From Mantamonas sphyraenae STR306 (Eukaryota > Protista > CRuMs), in the NCBI GenBank assembly GCA_026936335.1, contig JAPMXV010000056.1, positions 319,649-383,648 on the forward strand: a DNA stretch of 64,000 nt. The letters run 5' to 3'. Positions within the stretch are counted from its first letter, which is position 1. Each line of letters begins with the position of its first letter. The notes under the pieces were generated by a model. That model saw only the letters and a program-made list of their open reading frames with translations. It was not told the origin of the DNA and made no database searches. Of the stretch, positions 28,007-40,560 are shown piece after piece. The position numbers were made by a program, and so were the translations under genes.

Positions 28007-28386
28007 TCAAGCATAGACACGCCGGCCGTTCAGGTCATAACCCACCACTCGACCTGTATGGGTGATATCCATGGCCAAGGGGTTTTCTGAACCGGTGGCG
28101 ATGGCGTACTTGGCTGCAGTGCGTCGTTTGTTGCGTCGCTTGCTGTTGTGGTTGCGGCCTTTCTTCTTGCTGCTGCTGCTGCTGCTGTTGCTGTTGCCAC
28201 CGCTGGTGCTCTTCTTCAACGTGGGCTTTGAACCCACGAGACCCAGAGCCAGGTCGGCTGCGTCGCCTTGGGATTCGTTGTAGTGGCGTCGCGCCGATCG
28301 AGACAGTTGTGGCGGACCCTGTGGCAGGCTGTGAGTGTCGATGCCCAGCGAGGTATCCAGGGTACGTTTGGCCTTGCTGTTGTTGG

Positions 28387-28422
<36 letters not shown>

Positions 28423-28721
28423 TGGAGTCTCTGTTTGCGTAGTGGCCTGTTTTGCGTGTGGAGGACGAGCTGGTGCGGTTGCGAGACGCGCTGCTGTTCT
28501 TGCGTTTTGCTCGTTTACCCGTGGAGGAGACACGCGTGGCTGCAGAGGAGGAGGAGGAGGAGGAGGGTGGGGTCGTGGTGGGCCCAGGGGAAAACGTCGA
28601 ATGGGTGGACGGAGGGCTGGGAGGCGACACCTCGACAGAGAGCGTGGTGACGGGCAGATTGACCACGCGTTTGGCCTTTTTGGTGTGTACAGTAGTGGCG
28701 GTGGAGGAGGTGGAGGAGGGG

Positions 28722-28752
<31 letters not shown>

Positions 28753-31634
28753 TGTGTGGCGTGGACTCGAGAGAGGAGAGACGTGCGTCATAGTGGGAGT
28801 CTGAATCGCCACCGAGCATGACTTGGATGTCACTGGCGTCGTCTGTGTCGGCTGTGCCAGAGCGTGCTCTCTGCTGTAAAGGTTTGCCGCCGGCAGTGGT
28901 TGCAGACAGCTGGTTGTTCTGCGAATGATTGCTGATGGTGGAGGAGTTTGAGTTGGAAGAGGCGGCCACACCTCCCACGCCAGTGGAGGAGGAGCTGCGT
29001 CTGCGTCGAAGGGTCTTTTCGGTGCTTTCGGACAGCAGATGATACTGCTGCTGGGGTTGCTGCTGCTGCTGGGGCTGCTGTTGGCTGTTCTGCGAGGTGC
29101 GCCCACTGGTTGCGTTGTTGCTGCCCGTGCTGCTCCCACCACCTGTGAGCGTGGCCGTTGATGTGTGTGTGTGCTGTTGGTGTGTGTGATAGTCATGCAG
29201 CCATGTGTCGTCGTCGCTGGCAGTGCTGAGGGACGATTCAGGTCTGTCCCAGAAATCGTACTGGACAAGGTGGTCGAGCCCGTTGTCGACCAGGATCCTG
29301 CGCTGTTGGTCGATGATTTGCTGCTGGATGTCCAGTTGGACCTTGAGCTCCATGGTGCTGACCTCGAGCATCTGGGAATGGATGAGGAGCTCGAGCACCT
29401 GACGCCGCTCCTTCTTGGTGATCTTTTCGCCCATTTGCGAACGCAGATTCTTGCTGAACTGTTCGTTCTTGGTGAGGCCTTCCTGAAGCTGTTCTTTGGT
29501 GCGTTGATTGCGCGCTTCGTTGCGCTGGAGCACGGCCTGCTCGGCCTCGAGGAGCTCGAGGCGTTCCCGCACCTCTTCCGACCCTGCACTGTAGTCGCTG
29601 AGCTGTGCGATTTCTGCACTGTTGCGCGCCATGGCCTGTTTGTTGTTCATGGACGTGTCCTCCAGCTCGATGAGGCTCTTTTTCAGCTGCATGCGCTCCT
29701 CAAAGTTGCTGACAAACTCGCTCTGGAGGCGGGACATGAATTGGGACTCGAGGATGGAATCTGCACGCTTGCGCATGCCTCCTTCCTGTCGTAGCCTCTG
29801 TACCATGCGCGGTTTGGCCTGAACGAGGCTTGGTTGAGAGGAGCTGCTGAGGGTGGAGTCGCTACCGTCGTTGCTTTCGTTGCTCTTGCTTGCGGACAGG
29901 CGAGGGAAGCTGAACTTGCCCTGGTTGCGCGAATGAGCCATGGATCGTTGGTAGGGATTCATGAGCGACTCGTCCTCTTCGGGCAACTCGACTATTTGTA
30001 CAAGTGGAGAGGACAGCGAGTGGGGGTCGTCATCGTCATCCTCGTCCTCGTCGTCCCCGATGTCCTCGTCCTCGTCATCGTCCTCGTCGTCCAGGGTGCC
30101 CTTGGAGGTGAGCTGGTCCTTGAGCTCGCTGATTTCCAGGCGCAGGTCGGAGATGATGCGCTGGTACTCCTTGATGTGGTAGTTGACAGTCTTGACATTC
30201 TTGCGGCTTTCGATTTGGATGTTCTTTGCGCGGTTGGCATACTTGAGGGTGTTGAGGGTCTCTTCAAAATGCATGGCGGCGGGACTGACATTGGCAATCA
30301 TGACAGTGCGACAGCTGCCGCCGAGGGAGTCTTTGAGAAGGCGTGTGAGCTTGGAGTCGCGGTATGGTACAAACTGGCCTTTGCGCTTGTTGTCGCCGAG
30401 GACGTTGATGACGTTGGCCAGTGCGAGGAGGGATCGGTTGATATTGGCCCCTTCCACAAGTCGTTTGCCCTTGTTCTGTGTGTTTGTGGCGCGTTCGGAG
30501 CCTGCAAGGTCAATGAGGGAGAGTTTGCCCGTGGTCCAGGCATGAGAGATGTCCGCGGTGCGCTTTTTACAGCCAACGACAATCTGACAGACGGCGTGGG
30601 ATCGGGAGGAGGTGGCGTTGGCCATGGTGGGTTCGACGGTGCGGTTGCGATTGCCCATCTGGAGGAGTTCCATAACCTGGTCGGTGGAATGGACGGGGTG
30701 TTCGGAGAGATTGGCCACGGTGACGCCCTGCATGGGGTCCTCGCGCAGGTCCAGGTGCTGTTCGGTGTCGGCGAGCAAGTCGCGAACATTTTCGTTGTAT
30801 ACCTCGAGGTAGGAGATGGATACGGAAGTGGTGAGGTCTGTGCGGGAGGAAATAGCTTCAAACAGAGCCTCGACGGTAAGGACCATGACGCCCGGGTGTT
30901 CCTCGGTGCCCAGCATGGTGTGTGTCTTGCCTGCTCCTGTGGCGCCATAGGCAAACACGGTGGCGTTGTACCCGTTGATGACGTTGTCGATGAGGGGACT
31001 GTGGGAAAGCAGGGCGGAGGCAAAAGACGGCGGGGGTCGGTGAGCAGGTTGCTGGGAAAACGGTTGTTGTGGGAATAGGCAAGGCGGCAGAGGAGGTGTT
31101 GTGGGAGGGTAGGAGGGGGCAAGGTGGAAGCAGGAAAGGGAGAGAAGGACGGGGGAAAGGGGGAGGGGGAAGTGGTGTGTGTGGGGTGGGAGTAACACAC
31201 CGTGTGGAGTTGTCAAAGACGTGTTGCTGAGAAGCGGTTTCGCCAAAGACAAGGTCAAAGGCAAACTGCTTCTCACGGGAGCGGTTTGCACGGAGGTAAT
31301 CCGTGGAATGATGTGTGGGTTCGTCAACGACCACGAGGTTGTCTGGCACAGTGCGCACAATGGCTTCCTCGCCGTTGCGGAGTTCGCGCTGGGCGAGGGG
31401 TCGAATCCGGACGAGGACGCGAAGGGAAGAGGCAGGCGATGAGGAGGAAGATGAGGACGATGAAGAGGCCGAGGTACGTTCCACTGTGTTTCGGGAGCGA
31501 TGAGGGGACTGTCTGTGTGGCTTGGGGGAGGAAGATAACCGCGCCAGGTCGTCGTCGGGCGGTATGCTGGAGGACGAGGTGGACACGGGTGACGTGGGCC
31601 GATTGGAAGTGTCCTCCTGCGCGTGGGTCGACAT
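28007..31634 (-). CDS. Kinesin-8 (KIF18/KIF19-like), intron 31200-30999
   Basis: LRANRSREKQFAFD, YNATVFAYGATGAGKTHTM, SSRSHA, LIDLAGSERA, GANINRSLLAL, TLKYANRAKNI. Confidence 0.93.
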
Positions 31635-31800
31635 GACCACGGCTGAATGGGGGGGAGGGAGGGAGGGTGTGGAAGGGGAAGGGAGGAGTGTGCGACGCTT
31701 TTGAGTTTGTGGAGGTCGGGCGAGAGTGCACGCGAACGAATGAGCAATGGGTGTCGGGTGGGTGGGACATTGAATGAGCAGAACGGGTGAATTGGTTCAT

Positions 31801-32865
31801 TCACGGACTGACCCAGTCGAGAAAGAGGAGGGAGACGCTGAGGATGATGAACATCACAAGGAAACAGAGACGAAAACTACGCAGATTCTTGCTGGCTTCG
31901 TTAAACTGTTTGTGTGCGTCACGTACGAGCTCGGTCTGCTTGTGGGCGTCCTGTTGCAGCTGCTCGATCTTCCCCTTCTGCTCGAGGACGTTTGTTTCGA
32001 ACAGTTCCTGCAGGGCCGAGATCTGCTGCACTTGCTGCTGAATGTGTGTGACTTGGTCCAGACGTGAGGATAGCTTGTCGACGAGGGCATCGTTCTCCTC
32101 CTGAAGCTGTTCAAGGATGCCGCTTGACTCAAGTTGGCGCTCGATGTGCGGGTCGAGCTGAATAATGGGTGCAGAGAGGTTGTGGAGGGAGGATGGAGAG
32201 GAGCGGCCGTGTTGTCGAGGGTTGGAGTCGTTGGGCGGGCTTACGTGAACCTTGAGTGTGGTCTGCTCTCGCTCAAGCAGGCGTTTGAGGCGCAACTGCT
32301 TGCTGTGGGCAAAGCGGGCAAAGACACGCTGCAGGCGGGTCTCGAGGATGTGCACGACGCCATGCTGGTGGAGAAGTTGGTGGGAATGTGCAGAGTCGTC
32401 TTGGGCAGGGCTGTCCATGTGTTGGGAGAGGGCAGCGATGCGTGAGCGGCAGGTGTGCATCAGCGAGGTGAGCTCCACGTCAACGGCGTCCTTTTCAGAC
32501 TCTGAGAGGCTGTCGTGGGCGCCATGCACTCGATGGACGCTGGTATCTACATAGCGAGGCAGCACCTGTTCGATGGCCTCGTGGAGGTCGCCAATGGAGC
32601 GCAGGACGGCGCGTGCGTGGCGGTGGAATGGGCTCGCGTTGGCGTTGGCCGAAAGGAGGGAGCCATACAGAATGGTGTTTGCGTTTGTGCGTGGGTTGTG
32701 CGCTTTGTGGGAGGACGTGGTGTGTTCCGGGGACGAAGTGGAAGAAGGTGCGGGAGAGGAGGGGGTGGAGGAGGAGGATTCTTGGTCGAGGGTGCTTTGA
32801 GTTTGCTGGGCCGATTTCAGGGCCCCAGCCACGAGGGTGGCAAAGTGACGAGTGCGGTCCCTCAT
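31801..32865 (-). CDS. STX18: Syntaxin-18/Ufe1-like ER Qa-SNARE
   Basis: MRDRT..F N-terminus, LSESEKDAVD, HQHGVVHIL, SNARE heptads ISALQELF..NVLEQ, C-terminal TM SLLFLDW. Confidence 0.8.
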   Translation of the reverse strand: MRDRTRHFATLVAGALKSAQQTQSTLDQESSSSTPSSPAPSSTSSPEHTTSSHKAHNPRTNANTILYGSLLSANANASPFHRHARAVLRSIGDLHEAIEQVLPRYVDTSVHRVHGAHDSLSESEKDAVDVELTSLMHTCRSRIAALSQHMDSPAQDDSAHSHQLLHQHGVVHILETRLQRVFARFAHSKQLRLKRLLEREQTTLKVHVSPPNDSNPRQHGRSSPSSLHNLSAPIIQLDPHIERQLESSGILEQLQEENDALVDKLSSRLDQVTHIQQQVQQISALQELFETNVLEQKGKIEQLQQDAHKQTELVRDAHKQFNEASKNLRSFRLCFLVMFIILSVSLLFLDWVSP

Positions 32866-33484
32866 CGGGGGCAGGGAGAAAGAGAATGAGAGAGAGAGAG
32901 AGGAAGCAAGAGTTGCTGATTGGGTTGGGAGAGGGAGAGTTTGGGACGAGTTGGTTTTGTTTCGACTGGAGGACCGGTGATGCCATGCATGGTTTTGGAG
33001 ACACACAAATCCAATGGCACAAACATTGCACCCATGGCTGGTGATGTTGTGGATGGACGGGAAGGGGCGCACTGGTTTGGGGAGGGGGGCAACTGGGGAG
33101 GGGAGGCACATGCAAGGCAAGAATGGCAAAAAGTCGGTGCACTGAAGGCATAGGAGGCATGGAGAGAAGAGGGAAGGGGGAAGAAGGGCGAAAGGGAGGA
33201 GAGAAATGTCCACCTTCCGATTCGGAGTGCGTCAGGGAGCAACAAAGGCTCTACGCGTCCGACTCAACAAAGGAAGGCAGGATTCAAAAGGGCTCGACGG
33301 CCCCGGAAAACTCGGGTCATTTGTCTGCGGGCATTCGGTTGTGGACTAACCTGGGGCACAACCGCGCTCGGGTTGTTAGGCCGTGCGCAGTTACTATCTG
33401 GTCAACGTCCACACCATCATATCCCGGCCGCACATTTACGCTGGGGGGGTTTGGGCGGTGGCGCCATCGAAGCCAAGAAGAACG

Positions 33485-34816
33485 ATGTGGATTGTGCAAC
33501 TGGCATGGGAACGGGCACGGAAGCAGCCTGTAGCGGCAGCGGTGGTGTCGTGTGCGGTAGTGTACGGCCTGGAGCGCATGCGACAGTGGTGGTGGGCAGG
33601 AAGAGGATCGAGCTCGGGTGGGACGCGCGCAGCTGTGGACGGGAAGGGGAAGAAGCTGGTGGCTCAAGAGACGATAGAGGATGTGGAACAGGCAGGGGCA
33701 GGGACAGTGTCTCGTGTGGCAAAGCAGGCGTCAGCGGGTCTGTCTGAAGTGGACCAACTGCGGCTGGAGCTGAAGCGAAGCAACGAACGGCTGACGGCGG
33801 AGATCTCCAGGCGCAAAGAGGAGCGAAGAGGGCGCACGACGGCGGAACGACGCGTGCGAGAGCTGCAGGAGGCGTTGGAAAACGCAGGGACGGTGGAGGA
33901 GGGTGAGGAGGGGGGTGTGAAAGAGGGTGAGGAGGGAGGATCGTCGTCGTCGTCGTCGTCGGGAGGAGGTGTACGGCGACATACGATGTACGAGTTGGGA
34001 CGACTGGAAAGTGTATTTCGAACACGCAACGGATGCCCGCGTCAGGGGAACCTTGTGCCAACGGGAAAGGCGCAACTGAAGCTGGACGCTCGACTGATCC
34101 AAGGGGCGGCACTGGAGGGGTTGGAAGAGTATTCGCATGTGTGGCTGTTGTTTGTGTTTCACGAAAACACAAATGTGGCCTCGCAACGGGAGATGGGCAC
34201 GAAGCAACGAGCGCTGAAGGCAAAGATCAAGCCACCTCGATTGGGGAGGAAGGTGGGCCTGTTTTCGACTCGTACACCACACCGACCAAATGCACTCGGG
34301 TTGTCTGTGGCCACACTGGAGGGCGTGGAGGATGGGGTGGTGTACTTGAGCGGAGTGGACCTGATCGACGGCACCCCGATCCTGGACATCAAGCCGTACA
34401 TTGCCGAGTACGACCGAATGATGGACACACGCCAAGCCGAATGGTTGAGTGCGTCGCTGACGCCGCAAGTACGCATTGGGTCGGTGGAGTGGACGGAAGA
34501 GGCAGAGGCGCAGTGGGAAGCGTTGGAGGATGCAGCGCTGAGGTTGTATGCCGACGACAAGGAAGCATTGCGAGCAACTGTGGAACAAGTGATCCATCTG
34601 GACCCTCGCTCGCACTATCGTCGGACGCGAGGCAAGGGAGCAGGAGAGGAGCCGGCGAGCTCGACACACTGGATGCGTCTGGATGCCATCCAAGTGGGCT
34701 TTGACGTGGTGGCACATGGACACAGCAGCAGCGGAAGTGAAGAGGGTGACGCAGACGCAGATGGGGAGCAGAATGTGGCACGTGTGGTCCACGTGGCGTT
34801 GGCGGAAAACGGCTGA
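33485..34816 (+). CDS. TRMO: tRNA m6t6A37 methyltransferase TrmO/TsaA with N-terminal TM and coiled coil
   Basis: RNGCPRQG, LEGLEEYSHVWLLFVFH, GLFSTRTPHRPN, GVDLIDGTPILDIKPY, DPRS. Confidence 0.93.
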   Translation: MWIVQLAWERARKQPVAAAVVSCAVVYGLERMRQWWWAGRGSSSGGTRAAVDGKGKKLVAQETIEDVEQAGAGTVSRVAKQASAGLSEVDQLRLELKRSNERLTAEISRRKEERRGRTTAERRVRELQEALENAGTVEEGEEGGVKEGEEGGSSSSSSSGGGVRRHTMYELGRLESVFRTRNGCPRQGNLVPTGKAQLKLDARLIQGAALEGLEEYSHVWLLFVFHENTNVASQREMGTKQRALKAKIKPPRLGRKVGLFSTRTPHRPNALGLSVATLEGVEDGVVYLSGVDLIDGTPILDIKPYIAEYDRMMDTRQAEWLSASLTPQVRIGSVEWTEEAEAQWEALEDAALRLYADDKEALRATVEQVIHLDPRSHYRRTRGKGAGEEPASSTHWMRLDAIQVGFDVVAHGHSSSGSEEGDADADGEQNVARVVHVALAENG

Positions 34817-36600
34817 TCCGTAGCTAGAAGCACGACGGAATGAAAACACACACGATGTGCAGTATGGGCTGGATGAAGCTGGCAATGAACGAGGGACATG
34901 TGCATGGATGGCCTCCACGGTCGACGGTGGTGTCCCCATAGAGTGTGGTGCGGGCAAACTACACTCAGGTTACCTTTCGGATGCGGCCACTGCTCGTCCA
35001 GTTCTCTACAGCAAACTCCACCACCACCGTCGGGTACTGTGGCGTGCCACACAGTCATGTGTGTGCTTGAATCAATCACACACGTCGTTCTCGACACACA
35101 TCAACCATCGCAGAAACTGGAACGGACTTCCAGAACTCTCCGAAAGAGCACGGGAAACGGCTTTTCCTGCGTGTGGGGTAATCGTGGCCTCCACTGCACG
35201 ATGGATGACTCTGTGACCACTGAGGAGGCATGCTGATCCGGTCGATGGCCGTTCCTGGTTGTACACGCGCATCCCTGCTTGGAAACCGCGCCACCCTCCC
35301 TGTTCCCCGCGAGAATGTGTGAATACGAACACGTGTGCGTTGCACGTTTCCACGCACTGCCCACGTCCCTTTGGTCGCCTGGCACAGCCACACGCGTGCT
35401 TGGACCATAGGACCCTGTGCAACACTCTCCACACGCACTTGTCCGCTTTGCCGATAGCCGGACCCGCTGCACAAAAAGTTCCCAAAACCCTCCTCACCCA
35501 CGTATCCAGCGCTACATGCAACCCTGCCTTCTTCATTGCCTCCAACAGCCCCGCGCCTACTCATCTGCACACCGCGTGTACGCCCTCTCTTGGCGACTGC
35601 AGTGTGGAGGCGCTCAATAGTCCTCGTGGCTTTCCTTCCTGCGTTTTGCCCACCGCAACCCACATGCATTGCACAGCCTATGTACATCGTCACATCACAC
35701 ACGCGTGTCAGCACCCATGTACATCCCACACCACGCACTCTCTGCCCTTCCCCGTCTCCACACACTCTCCTACACACCCGCTAACCCTCGTCCCGAAAAA
35801 GCAATCCCAAAATGGCTAATTTTGGACGGCCTTCTCTCAACTCATTACACTCTCATGCACTCCCTTGGCAACAAACACCACACTTACGTGTTTGGTCCAG
35901 CATCCGACGTGCGCCATTCTGGTGTCTCTGTCGTCCCGCATTGGATGCACACCGACGAGATCTTTGCGCTGCCACGCAATCGCTTGCGCTTCTTTGACGC
36001 AGGCTTCTTTCCTCGCTTCCGGTTGCCTGTCTTGTTCGGCTTTGTGTTCAGACGCAGTTCCTTTTCGTAGACACGTCGGTTCGATGCCGCCATTCGCTTG
36101 CTTTGCCGTTCTCCGGCTTGTTCGTCAACCGGAGATTTCAGTGTCAGCGGCACCTGGCTCGTGTACGCCTCGTATCCACTGCCGCTGCCGTATCTCCTGT
36201 TGCTGTTGCTGTTGTTGCTACTGTTGCTGATCATTCTGTTGCTGTTCTGGTTCTGTACCATGTCCAGCTGCCGCTCAAATCGGCCTGTTCCCTGCGTTCG
36301 TTGCAAAGCTGCGAGTTGGGCCTGCAGCAATTTCTGCTGTTGTTGCAGCTCTACGCCACGTACAGCCTGAACCAGCTCTTCAAACTGTTGTCGCTGGTTG
36401 GTGTTGCTGTGAGACTCTGTGGTCATGGCATCCACGCGCTGTGTGGTGGTGTGCTTCTTCTGCAAGGGCAGCCAAAGCTGCGGCATGTCCACGCCGTATT
36501 GCGACAAAACGCTTTTTAGCGGCGGAAGCTTGTGCTCGCCCTCCGCGCTGCTCACGGACAGAGCACGGGGCGAGTTCAGTGCACTGGTATTCATGGACGG
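34630..36600. repeat. Left arm of ~2-kb inverted repeat
   Basis: Reverse complement of ~37490-39448; near-identical ORF translations appear on opposite strands (e.g. 35865+ vs 38212-). Confidence 0.95.
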
Positions 36601-37101
36601 TAAGGAGCTGCCGCTGCCGTGCTTGTGCAGTTCAGACAGCATATAAGCCATCTCCTTGGTATATTGAGAATGCGAGCCCTGGGAAGAGTTCTTGTCCTCT
36701 GCAAGGCTACGATTGTTCCCGGAGGCCTGGGAGGCCTGGGATGTGCCGCTAGATTGCTTGGACGCACCCGTACGGCCTGTATGTGTGCCACTCTCCACGT
36801 TGCTGCGCCCCTGCGCTTGTTGCATTTGCATTACACAAAAAATGAGGAAAAGTGGTGGGCGTTCCGGCGCTTTTTCGCTGCACAGAATTTTCGCTTCTGG
36901 AAGTTGCCTGTGGTTCCCCCGGTCAACGCCAACGACCGTGTGTTTGCATGCCTTCTGGATGTGCCCAACATGCTTCATGTGACTCTGTACTGCAACAGGG
37001 CTCCCAAGGAACTTTTTCCGCCTTCTGTTCGGCGATGCTGAGGCCACCTGCGCAGCAGCTGGTCTCAGGGCGATGTGGGGCTGTCGGGGCGTGTATGACA
37101 T
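35614..37101 (-). CDS. GATA zinc-finger transcription factor, copy A (intact; intron 35887-35678; start uncertain)
   Basis: CIQC-GTTETPEWRTSDAGPNT|L-CNACGLRWAKRRK = C-x2-C-x18-C-x2-C across a GTAAGT...TAG intron. Confidence 0.9.
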
Positions 37102-37309
37102 GAGAGTGATGGATGCGAAAGGCGTGTGATTTGGTTCAACGAACCGGTCCCGGTTTCCGTTTCGCCAAGTCGGACCCACCTTGGGTCCGCAACGTTTTCC
37201 GCCGTCGCATCGGGCGCCGGGGTCGGCAATCTTTTCCCCGACGAATCGCACACGAGGTGCAACAAAGACGCAGGACACATTGACGGCATCGATTGGCAAA
37301 ACACATAGG

Positions 37310-38463
37310 ATGACGTTGACGACAGAGATTACCAACGAGCACACCACGCAACAGAGTGTTGCGGAGGACAAAACGGCGAAGCGCTCTCGAAGCCCTCGTG
37401 AACTGGCGTCGATGCTTACCGAGCTCCACAAGCATGGCAGCGGCAACTCGCTGCGCTCCATCACGCACAGCACCACGAGTTCCACCAGTAGCCTCAACTC
37501 GCCCCGTGCTCTGTCCGTGAGCAGCGCGGAGGGCGAGCACAAGCTTCCGCCGCTGAAAAACCTTTTGTCGCAGTACGGGATGGACATGCCCCAGCTCTGG
37601 CTGCCAATGCACGGCGGCAATGGCCACACACAGCGCGTGGATGCCATGACCACAGAGTCTCACAGCAACACCAACCAGCGACAACAGTTTGAAGAGCTGG
37701 TTCAGGCTGTACGTGGCGTAGAGCTGCAACAACAGCAGAAATTGCTGCAGGCCCAACTCGCAGCTTTGCAACGAACGCAGGGAACAGGCCGATTTGAGCG
37801 GCAGCTGGACATGGTACAGAACCAGAACAGCAACAGAATGATCAGCAACAGTAGCAACAACAGCAACAGCAACAGCACAGGAGATACGGCAGCGGCAGTG
37901 GATACGAGGCGTACACGAGCCAGGTGCCGCTGACACTGAAATCTCCGGTTGACGAACAAGCCGGAGAACGGCAAAGCAAGCGAATGGCGGCATCGAACCG
38001 ACGTGTCTACGAAAAGGAACTGCGTCTGAACACAAAGCCGAACAAGACAGGCAACCGGAAGCGAGGAAAGAAGCCTGCGTCAAAGAAGCGCAAGCGATTG
38101 CGTGGCAGCGCAAAGATCTCGTCGGTGTGCATCCAATGCGGGACGACAGAGACACCAGAATGGCGCACGTCGGATGCTGGACCAAACACGTAAGTGTGGT
38201 GTTTGTTGCCAAGGGAGTGCATGAGAGTGTAATGAGTTGAGAGAAGGCCGTCCAAAATTAGCCATTTTGGGATTGCTTTTTCGGGACGAGGGTTAGCGGG
38301 TGTGTAGGAGAGTGTGTGGAGACGGAGAAGGGCAGATCGTGCGTGATGTGGGATGTACATGGGTGCTGACACGCGTGTGTGATGTGACGATGTACATAGG
38401 CTGTGCAATGCATGTGGGTTGCGGTGGGCAAAACGCAGGAAGGAAAGCCACGAGGACTATTGA
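37310..38463 (+). CDS. GATA zinc-finger transcription factor, copy B (frameshift at ~37877; intron 38190-38399)
   Basis: Same finger as copy A; AGC ACAGG versus AGC AAC AGG shifts the frame before the finger. Confidence 0.8.
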
Positions 38464-39448
38464 GCGCCTCCACACTGCAGTCGCCAAGAGAGGGCGTACA
38501 CGCGGTGTGCAGATGAGTAGGCGCGGGGCTGTTGGAGGCAATGAAGAAGGCAAGGTTGCATGTAGCACTGGATACGTGGGTGAGGAGGGTTTTGGGAACT
38601 TTTTGTGCAGCGGGTCCGGCTATCGGCAAAGCGGACAAGTGCGTGTGGAGAGTGTTTGCACAGGGTCCTATGGTCCAAGCACGTGTGTGGCTGTGCCAGG
38701 CGCCCAAAGGGACGTGGGCAGTGCGTGGAAACGTGCAACGCACACGTGTTCGTGTTCACACATTCTCGCGGGGAACAGGGAGGGTGGCGCGGTTTCCAAG
38801 CAGGGATGCGCGTGTACAACCAGGAACGGCCATCGACCGGATCAGCATGCCTCCTCAGTGGTCACAGAGTCATCCATCGTGCAGTGGAGGCCACGATTAC
38901 CCCACACGCAGGAAAAGCCGTTTCCCGTGCTCTTTCGGAGAGTTCTGGAAGTCCGTTCCAGTTTCTGCGATGGTTGATGTGTGTCGAGAACGACGTGTGT
39001 GATTGATTCAAGCACACACATGACTGTGTGGCACGCCACAGTACCCGACGGTGGTGGTGGAGTTTGCTGTAGAGAACATGGACGAGCAGTGGCCGCATCC
39101 GAAAGGTAACCTGAGTGTAGTTTGCCCTCACCACACTCTATGGGGACACCACCGTCGACCATGGAGGCCATCCATACACATGTCCCTCGTTCATTGTCAG
39201 CTTCATCCAGCCCATACTGCACATCGTGTGTGTTTTCATTCCGTCGTGCTTCTAGCTACGGATCAGCCGTTTTCCGCCAACGCCACGTGGACCACACGTG
39301 CCACATTCTGCTCCCCATCTGCGTCTGCGTCACCCTCTTCACTTCCGCTGCTGCTGTGTCCATGTGCCACCACGTCAAAGCCCACTTGGATGGCATCCAG
39401 ACGCATCCAGTGTGTCGAGCTCGCCGACTCGTCTCCTGCTCCCTTGCC
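37490..39448. repeat. Right arm of ~2-kb inverted repeat, including a copy of the last ~60 codons of TrmO (39263-39448, minus strand)
   Basis: GKGAG.E.ASSTHWMRLDAIQVGF...ALAENG* duplicated in inverted orientation. Confidence 0.95.
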
Positions 39449-39573
39449 TTGGGGTTGTGCGTGCACAGTTGCGTCCATCAAGGTGTTGCACATGTAACAC
39501 GTGCGTGGAAACATCGCTATGTGCTGTCGATCCTCTTGGAGGCATCGCGTCACGTGCCCATGCTCAAAACGCC

Positions 39574-40560
39574 CTACATTTGTCCATCCTCCTCCACGTT
39601 GGCCTTGACCAGTGTGATGGAGTGCAAATCCAGAGAGAATGGCCCCTCTTGCTTGTCCGCCAGTGTGAACCCCAGGGTTTGAAGCTTGCTGGTGTTCATG
39701 AGCGGTTGTTCTTCCTGCACCATCCCACGCCACGTCAGCACGAAATCGCGCTCAAACAGCAAGCGCACACGGTGGAACCCTTCCATGCCCTCTGCCTCTC
39801 GCGCCTGTACAATCCCGACACTTCGTCGGGGCCGTGCTTGAGGCGGCGCCACAAATGCTTGATGCAAATGATGAGGCACCAGGTTCTCTGTCTGTAAATT
39901 GAAAAAGTATGTGCGCTCGTCGTTCTGCACAGGCGCGGCTGCGTTAGCCATGGTGTCTCTTTCCCCTCTGCCAATTTAAGCACATCTGCGTCGGCCACGT
40001 CCCATACACTGGCGCCCTCACGACACGTACCCACCGCACCGTCAACTCCACGCCGTCGTACTCGTCGATTTCGTCCAAGTCCATCAACGTGGCCTGAATG
40101 TGTGCACAGCAACGTGTCAGTTCATCACTTTCTCACCACGGTGGCCGCCGTTCAACCTTTTCTGCGTCACCTACAGGCGTCACAATGTTGGCAAACCCGC
40201 TGCGGATCATCTCGCCACTTGTTTCCAGCGACAGCTCGCCATGGAAGCGTGCTGTGACTTGCGTGTCAGCTCCTAAACATGTGCGCATACACCGTGCCGT
40301 GGCGCATTCATTGCACAACACCTACCGCACTGGTCCTGCTCCACAAACACCAGATCCGCTCGTGAAAACCCGCCTACTGACGAGTCCGCCCGCACCTGCC
40401 ACGCCTCCACGTCCTGCGCTCGGGCAAACTCCACCAGTGTCTTTCGTTCGGGCACTGCATCAAACGACAACGAGAACGCCTTGCGTGTTCGATTCTTGAA
40501 CGTCTGCAGTTTCCGCTTCCACATCGCCGTGGCTGCTCTCGCGCTCTCTCGCTGAACCAT
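39574..40560 (-). CDS. NDUFAF1: Complex I assembly factor CIA30/NDUFAF1 (about 3 introns)
   Basis: W..RADSSVGGFSRA, ARFHGELS, RSGFA, YDGVELTVR, DFVLTWRG, LADKQEGPFSLDL. Confidence 0.85.

Noticed and set aside
37102-37653. N-terminal extension of the 589-aa ORF 35884-37653
   Set aside because: It is the antisense of GATA copy B and the spacer, not a plausible coding extension
34630-39448. DNA transposon or foldback element with long TIRs
   Set aside because: No transposase, the arms are host gene sequence, and no target-site duplication was evident
34630-39448. Pure fold-back read artefact
   Set aside because: Arms differ by substitutions and diverge progressively inward, with unique genes on both flanks; still needs spanning-read confirmation
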